A stretch of DNA of 64,000 nucleotides, from positions 133,920,001 through 133,984,000 of the forward strand of contig OZ024745.1 in NCBI GenBank assembly GCA_964016885.1, written 5' to 3'. The position numbers and the translations under genes were made by a program. Below, piece by piece: positions 56,773 through 64,000 of this stretch. Each line of letters begins with the position of its first letter. The first letter of the stretch is position 1. The DNA comes from Eledone cirrhosa. Lineage: Eukaryota. The notes beneath the pieces were generated by a model, which saw only the letters and a program-made list of their open reading frames with translations, did not search any database and was not told the origin of the DNA.

Positions 56773-57576
56773 GAAGGTGACTAATATTGTAGAACAATAA
56801 AACTATGCATATATCAGATAAGTACCACTCAACAGTTGGTAGAACTGGGGTATATATAATAAAGATGAAATAAAGAAGGTTATAAGAGTTCCATATATTT
56901 TATTATACGTATTTCGAATACAAAATCCTACAAGACCTTTCACAAAATATATAGCTGATGTACTATAACATATTCCATGAGTCACTGTTATCCTTACACA
57001 TCTTTCAGTATATTCTACAATGTATTATTTTGGTTTTCTCATTATATATTAAGCTTTTGATCTTCTTTTCTATAGCCTTAGATTTTCGCTCAAAGCTTCG
57101 TAGATTTTGTAAACAAAAGATTACGTCATATTATAATAGACTTTCTCTACGTTTTTTCTGCGTTTATAAATCCTTCTAGCAATTTCTTTATTTACTTGAT
57201 GATATAAAATAAAAATTAAATAGTATACCCCACATATATATTTTTTTTACTAGAAATTATTGACTTTGACATAGATAGACTATTTTTATTTTATTTTATA
57301 AAAATCTTTTTATATTTATTTTATTAATACATGTTTACACTTCTTAAACCAATTTTTAGTATTTAAACACCAATATAAAATAATATACCCAGTTTCAATA
57401 TTTAGACCTCTAATATTTGAATACCTTCTATAATATTCGCACATACACCTCATCAATTTACTTTTTAACCGTTATTTACAGCTGGTTTCAATTTGACAGC
57501 GTTCTTGATCAAAAGTCTCTCTCTCCCTCTCTTCTTCTTCTTCTTCTTCTTCTTCTTATTATTATTCTTCTTCCTC

Positions 57577-57608
<32 letters not shown>

Positions 57609-57809
57609 CTTCTTCTTCTTCTTCTTCTTCTTGTTCCTTATTATTTCTTTCTTTTCTTTCTTGTTTCCTTTTTTCACTTCTTCTTTCCTTTTCTTCTATT
57701 TTCCTATCTATTTCTTACTATTGTATTAAGACATATATTTCTGTCATATGTAGACTTAGCACTTTCCTATAAACAAGTGCTATTATGTCTCATATCATTG
57801 TACCTTATT

Positions 57810-57875
57810 TTTTATCTGAGGAGAACACAACATCTGTCCCAGAATGATTTTGTATTCGAAATACGTATAATAAAA
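57810..57875 (+). ncRNA. Type-I hammerhead ribozyme with a canonical core
   Basis: TTTTAT-CTGAGGA-GAACACAA...TTGTATTC-GAAA-TACGTA-TA-ATAAAA. Its 3' half plus tail (57846-57913) is mirrored at 56860-56929. Confidence 0.8.
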
Positions 57876-57933
57876 TATATGGAACTCTTATAACCATCTT
57901 TATTTCATCTTTAGTCTTCAAATTTATTATTAT

Positions 57934-57996
<63 letters not shown>

Positions 57997-58402
57997 ATGT
58001 TGAAACATATTGGTGAGAAAAACCATCTGGTGAGAAAAACCACAGACCCTCCATCTCAACTCTACTTTTGAAAAGCAGAAGAACTGCGAAACCGGTAAAG
58101 GAACCAAATAAATATATATATTTTTTTTTTAAATAAGACTCCAGTTACATTTTCGATTTCATCTTTTTTTCTTTATACTTTCACTCGTGTAGGACACCTC
58201 GGTTATTTTTCATTTTGTAAAAAAAAACCTCACTTTCTAATATATATATATATAATATATATATAATATATATATATATATATTATATATAGTAATAATA
58301 ATAAATTTGAAGACTAAAATCCAAAGAGGGCTCGATAAGGGTAAATATATATCAAATATATAAGAACCGTAGAGCAAATATTTATTAAAATAACAGATTA
58401 AA

Positions 58403-58678
58403 GTTTAAGCAAAGAATCGCTGCTTTCACCCTTAACGGGATCTTCTGAAACTAACAAAGTCAATCTGTAAACGCAGAAGTGGATATTTCAAAAACCGTTG
58501 CAACCGGAGGAAGAAAGGAAGACGATAATTTGGTTCGTGGAAACGTTCCCTAGCAAAGAATGGGTCTTCCTCCGGTTGCAACGTTTTTTGAAATATCCAC
58601 TTCTGCATTTACAGATTGACTTTGTTAGTTTCAGAAGATCCCGTTAAGGGTGAAAGCAGAGATTCTTTGCTTAAATTT
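58403..58678. repeat. Inverted repeat with ~112-bp arms and a ~50-bp spacer; a related inverted copy lies at 56488-56630
   Basis: TTAAGCAAAGAATC...CAACCGGAGGAAGA / TCTTCCTCCGGTTG...GATTCTTTGCTTAA. Confidence 0.9.
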
Positions 58679-59420
58679 GCTTCTACCAAAGACTTCAATC
58701 GATTATCATAAAGGGCAAAAAGACGTCCGCTACTTCCCTTATTTTTAAAAGGTAATCCACCACGCCCCCATAACTTAATTGGTGTTTCTAGCCGTCTGTG
58801 AGGCACCGAAGTCGAGTTAAACTTATAGAAATAAATTTGTTGAAAATCATGTTTTGACATCTACAATTTAAAGATATGAAAATTGACACAAACGGAATGT
58901 ATATTATATATAGATGGCGTAGAAAGAGAGAGTATAGAAGAAGCTCTAACATTTTGCATTCATAACATTACACACTTTGCTCTTTATTCTAAAAATATGT
59001 TGAAACAAATAAAAACATAAAACCTGCATTAATTTCTGAACTGTGTGTAAGTATGTGTATGTGTCTGCCTGTATGTGTGTGTCTGTGTCTGTGTGTGTCT
59101 GTGAGTGTGTGTGTGTGCGCGAGTGTAGATATTTGTCTAGGATTGCAATCTCAATACTTTTCCACATATCAAATAATATGAACTGGGATAACACAAAACT
59201 AGAAAAGTTATTTATGAAACCTCAAGCGGTTATTCCGTTCAAAACCTTACAGTTGTTTCTCATTTCAAATATTACCTTATTTAACTGTGTTGCATATATT
59301 TAGGGATCTACTTCATTGTTCTTTTGTCTAAGAACAGCGATTCGAAACCTTTGAGTTAAACTTTAGCAGAAAATCATTTCTGGGTTGAATGTCAGAGAAT
59401 AAGCAATTATTTGCTAAGCG

Positions 59421-59481
<61 letters not shown>

Positions 59482-60069
59482 ATTTACACACTCACGTTTC
59501 TAGGTGTATGTGTCTGTGTTTGTGTGCGATCACTACAAGCAAGGATGTGATAAAACTGACAAAAATAAATTAACACAAATAAAACTCCCTCCAGTATCGG
59601 CTTCAAGCTAAAATGATTTTGAGAATTTGAGTGGTAAGCAAATGCAATAAATGTGCCTTCCATGTGAAATTAGTTCCATTCCCTCAGAGCGATTGCAATG
59701 TCTACCATGTACCGCTTCACATAATGCTCAATTTATCGTGTGATATACCCAAGATTGCTAGCATAGGTTTGATAATTATAAACATAAATTACATATGTAA
59801 TTTAACAAGGAGCTGTGATTTAACGAAGTGAATGAAATTACTTGTCCCACTAGCTCCTTTTGAGTACCAACGGTAAGAAGGACTTCCCCTAGTCTGCCAT
59901 GGATTACTAGCTCTATACGGATGTTTAGATTGATTAAATAAATAAATACATCAACTGCATCAACCGATAGATCGATTGTATCTCAGTGATGGGCATTTCC
60001 TATTCTTCCTGTCCAGAAAATAGGTCTCGATTGATAGTTGTTAGAATTTTCTGCGTTTCGATTCTTACA

Positions 60070-60162
<93 letters not shown>

Positions 60163-60168
<6 letters not shown>

Positions 60169-60975
60169 TTGCAAGGTTTTTGATATGAAATCGTGTGTCG
60201 AAACAAATATTGTTATACTTGGGGAGGGTCATATTGTAATATTGCCAGAAATAATAACGGAACACACTCACTGCTTGGTTGGTTTTCGCTTCTGTATCTT
60301 TTATATCTCCATAGTTAATTAGCTGGCAATCAATGTTTATCATTGATTGACTAACGGTTAAAAATACAGATATAAATATATGCAGAGGTTATATTTAATT
60401 TGTTGGGATTCAACAAGCTTAAACATTTTTATAACTGATATAAAGCACTCAATAGATTAGTGGAGTAAATATACAATATATTAACAAATGGAAACTATAT
60501 TTATAACACCATATTTATTTTATTATACATATTTCAAGGGCTACCAAGGAAAATTATGGTGCGCTTTCATCAGATAAAATACAATACAGATTTGTTTTAT
60601 AAATAAATATTGACGTACCCTGAAAAAAAGACAACCTTAACGGTTGGAGCTTCCTGCATATAAATATATATTTATACTCTATCAAAGTTCTTTCGTCACA
60701 CATCTGTAACATCATCAGTGGTACTATTATGTTTCCTCCCGTTGTATTGTAATGCCTACGAAAGAATGTGACGAAAGAAGTTTGATATACAATATATATT
60801 CATATCTGTATTTTTAACCGTTGGTCAATCAATGATAACCATTGATTGCCAAATAAATTAACTATTGAGATATAAAAGATACAGAAGCGAAACCAACCCA
60901 AACCAAACAATGAGTGTGTTCTATTATTATTTCTGGCAATGTTATAACAATATGACCCTCCCCAAATATAACAAT
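60163..60975. mobile_element. Inverted pair of Penelope-like pLTRs with a nested second hammerhead-bearing segment
   Basis: 60163-60380 (-) mirrors 60800-60975 (+). Hammerheads lie at ~60516-60581 (-) and 60680-60723 (-). Confidence 0.7.
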
Positions 60976-61005
60976 ATATATATATATATATATATTATGA
61001 TATCA

Positions 61006-61255
61006 TGTCAGGTTGCTACTGGTAACATATATCCCAGTAATACCTGTCACATGGTCGGATCGTTAGCAACTAAAGTGACAATCGCACAAAGATTTCTTGC
61101 TGAAGAGGGTGACTTTTGAACACCCTGTGGGATGAAAAACAAACCCGCCAAAGGATGCAGAAACTCGTGTGAGTCAACGGCCATTCAATAGTGTGTAAAG
61201 AAAAACCTGGTGGACAGAGCTCGTTAGCTTTGGTTAGCAATCGATCTAGGAGAAT
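61006..61255 (+). mobile_element. Diverged RTE 5' UTR fragment
   Basis: TGTCAGGTTGCTACTGGTAACATATATCCCAGTA...GAGTCAACGGCCATTCAA...TCTAGGAGAA. Confidence 0.7.
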
Positions 61256-61518
61256 GAGCGTTCAAAGTTTGGATTAATAAGGCTCCTTAGTCACCCTGGT
61301 GACCACCTTTCATGTGGTCAACGGTTACATCGTTGTGAGGAGGCGGATGAACTGTGGCTCGATATCTAGCTTCTGAATAATGATCGAACGAGGTTTCGTG
61401 ACCGCCCCATGTCATCTTTTTCCCGATGAGAATCATGGACATTCAGAATTATATAGAACAGTGGTGGTTCATGGTCCCCGACGTCAGCAATGAGGATTGG
61501 AAGAGACTATAGACCCTA

Positions 61519-61746
61519 TACGAGGGAGTACTGAAAAGTTCCTGGCTTTGTGCAAAAGAAAATACAGGAGAATCAGTTAATTATGATTTTATTCAACATA
61601 TCCCCTTCTCAGATTCACATACTTATTGCAGCGGTTTTTCAATTTTTTAAACCCTGTAAAAAGAACTCGGGAGGTTGCGCCTCCAACCAGGCCTCTGTAG
61701 CAGCGATCAAGCCAGGATCTTTTAGCCAAACCCCTCCCCCCTCGTA
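61519..61746. mobile_element. Tc1/mariner-derived MITE
   Basis: TA-TACGAGGG..CTGAAAAGTTCCTGGCT ... AGCCAGGATCTTTTAG..CCCTCGTA-TA imperfect TIRs with TA flanks. Confidence 0.75.
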
Positions 61747-62167
61747 TAAATGTGTGTGCGTGTGTGAATGCGCGTTAAGACTTTGCCGATATCGTTTTCA
61801 GAAAAAAAAAACATCTGTAAATGACTGGAATAGAATGAATAAAACGCGATATAATAATGTTAGATGAAAGAAATTAGCCCAGTTTTCTTCTTATTGAAAA
61901 TTCAATCATGTTCCCTATATCTTTTGCTGTCGATGTTTCTTCGAAACTTATATATTCATATATATACTTTATTCACTTTTTTTACAGAAGTATATATTTT
62001 TTTTTTTTTCAAAATACATATAAATATATATCATTTTTTAACTGTGTTATATAATTAATCACATATTTGTATAAAATACAGATTAAGAATTACATTTTCT
62101 GTCACTGATTTCAATTTTTATACAGAATGTTATTAAACTTTCACTTTGGAATCAATTGTTTAAAATA

Positions 62168-62253
62168 CAACATGTCATTCAGAAATACGACATGTCGTTC
62201 GGAAATATGACATGGCGTTCAGAAATACGACATGTCGTTCAGAAATACGACAT
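62168..62253. repeat. 20-bp minisatellite, ~4 copies
   Basis: CGACATGTCGTTCAGAAATA repeated. Confidence 0.85.
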
Positions 62254-62728
62254 AGTAATCATTTTGTTGATGTTCAGTTCAATACTACAATTTACAATTA
62301 CTGCGTTTTAATTTTATTCCAAAGAAAACAATTCAATTCAATACAGTATAAAAAATACTTAAAGAGTAGTAAAATCTAATATGTGTAAAATATAAAAATA
62401 ATATTGATTTTATCAGATCATGAATGTGTGAGTTCTTAGCAGTTCTGTTTTGTTGTTGTTGTTGTTATTATTATTATTGTTGTTGTTGTTATTGTCGTTG
62501 TTCTCTGTCTATTGTTATGGGTTGTTTTGTGGGTGGCGTTTTCTATTATTTGTGTTGGATATCTAATGGTTTGTCATTTACAAATGGAAGTGTCAATAAT
62601 CATTTCAATAACAACACACTGACTATCGCAATTAATGGACTCTTATTTGAATACGAAGCAGATATTTATAGAGAAGAAGTATAATCGATCGAATCGATTT
62701 CACTCACTTATAAGTATTTTATTGACTG

Positions 62729-62760
<32 letters not shown>

Positions 62761-63045
62761 CCTACACGTGTAGGTACACAAACGCACACAAACGCACACA
62801 TATACACGTACACACGCCCAAAAAGGAAAGAATGATGAAATAGACCGTGGTATGATTTTAAATTCCGAAAGAAGATGGATGAGATTGAGAGCATGTTGCA
62901 GTCAGGCTAATGTTACTCTAAATTACATTAATAATTGTTTCTGATTTAGGCAGGCGACCAGCAATTTTCAGAGAGGGGAAAGTCGATTAAATCAACCCGA
63001 GTGCGTGACTGCTACTTTATTTTACAGAAGACTTTCCTCAGACTG

Positions 63046-63850
63046 TCCTTATCGACGCTCAGAACAGCTCATACCTTCCGCTAACATAGAAATCTAAACT
63101 GAAAACAGATCTCCTCCAGAATGGGATGCTAAAACTCTGTCAAGAAAATCCCTTACATGATCAATACCAGTAAAAGCTGAGTCGAGAGGAAGTAGACAAG
63201 AAAAATTCACAAAACTGGTTCAGAAGTGCTGGCCTAAAAGCCAAAACTGAAACATTTTTTTATTGAAGCACAAGACTAAAGTAAATAATTGTTTCTACAT
63301 TTGGCACAAGGCCAGCAATTACCCAGTGCATTACTGGTACTTTATTTTATCGACCCTGTAAGGATGAAAGGCAAAGTTAACCTCGACGGGATTTGAACTC
63401 AGACCGTAAAAGGACATAACTATGCTGGAAAGCATGGCGCCCGACCCTCTACTGATACTGCCAATCCAGCGCCCTGGATATATAAGACCAAAGTAAATAA
63501 TGATTTCTGATCAACAATTTTGGGAGGGGGAAAAATTGATTAAATCTACCACAAAGCATTACTGGTACTTTATTTTATCAACGCCGTAAGGATAAAAGGT
63601 AACCTCGACGGGATTCGAAATCATAACGTAAAGGGTGGTAACTCTATGCCAGGAAGCATGTTGTGCGACGCTCTGCCGATATTGCCAATTTACCGCCCTA
63701 AACCAAAAGTAAATAATAAAGCAGAACACATTCAGTAACTGCAGATATTTAGGGGTGGCAATGAAGGAATTGACCATATTGTCGTTGGCTATCTAGTGTT
63801 AGCAAAAGACATGATGGAGTTGGGATTTATATAAAGTTGAGGTTCTGCCA
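63046..63850 (+). mobile_element. Decayed R4-clade LINE fragment interrupted by two major-family SINEs (63286-63475 -, ~63500-63700 -)
   Basis: SQNWFRSAGLKAKTETFF..AQD corresponds to the region before the CCHC knuckle (compare [10 protein letters not shown] in the intact ORF). CAAAGTAAATAAT-like sequence recurs at the SINE junctions. Confidence 0.6.
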
Positions 63851-63860
63851 ACACTACGAA

Positions 63861-63941
63861 ACAGTTGTGGTAGAGATATACAACAGTTGTGGTAGAGATA
63901 TACAACAGTTGTGGTAGAGATATACAACAGTTGTAGTAGAG
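63861..63941. repeat. 22-bp minisatellite, ~3.5 copies
   Basis: ACAGTTGTGGTAGAGATATACA repeated. Confidence 0.85.
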
Positions 63942-64000
63942 ATTATTTCCATTATAAATGATTAGAAGATAAAGCATTATTAAAGTTTTATAAGCCTTTA

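Overview
AT-rich, microsatellite-dense animal genomic DNA with no recognisable host gene. The SINE and microsatellite profile suggests a cephalopod, probably octopus (inference). Bases 1-8657 are a 15-bp satellite array with two main variants. The rest is a mosaic of retroelements. There is one intact 1169-aa R4/Dong-clade non-LTR retrotransposon (RT plus restriction-like endonuclease, 37971-41480). It and two truncated sister copies all end in (CATA)n microsatellite. Three copies of a ~600-bp bipartite non-autonomous RTE derivative carry a conserved, covarying 5' RNA structure. There are four Penelope-like GIY-YIG fragments and about ten type-I hammerhead ribozyme motifs, several inside fold-back palindromes. 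Also present are Dong-, Tx1/L1- and RTE-type 3' fragments, many tRNA-derived SINEs (two with clear TSDs), a mariner MITE, decayed Helitron-like remnants and minisatellites. Nearly all other ORFs in the track are translated microsatellites. All calls were made by eye, with no database searches.
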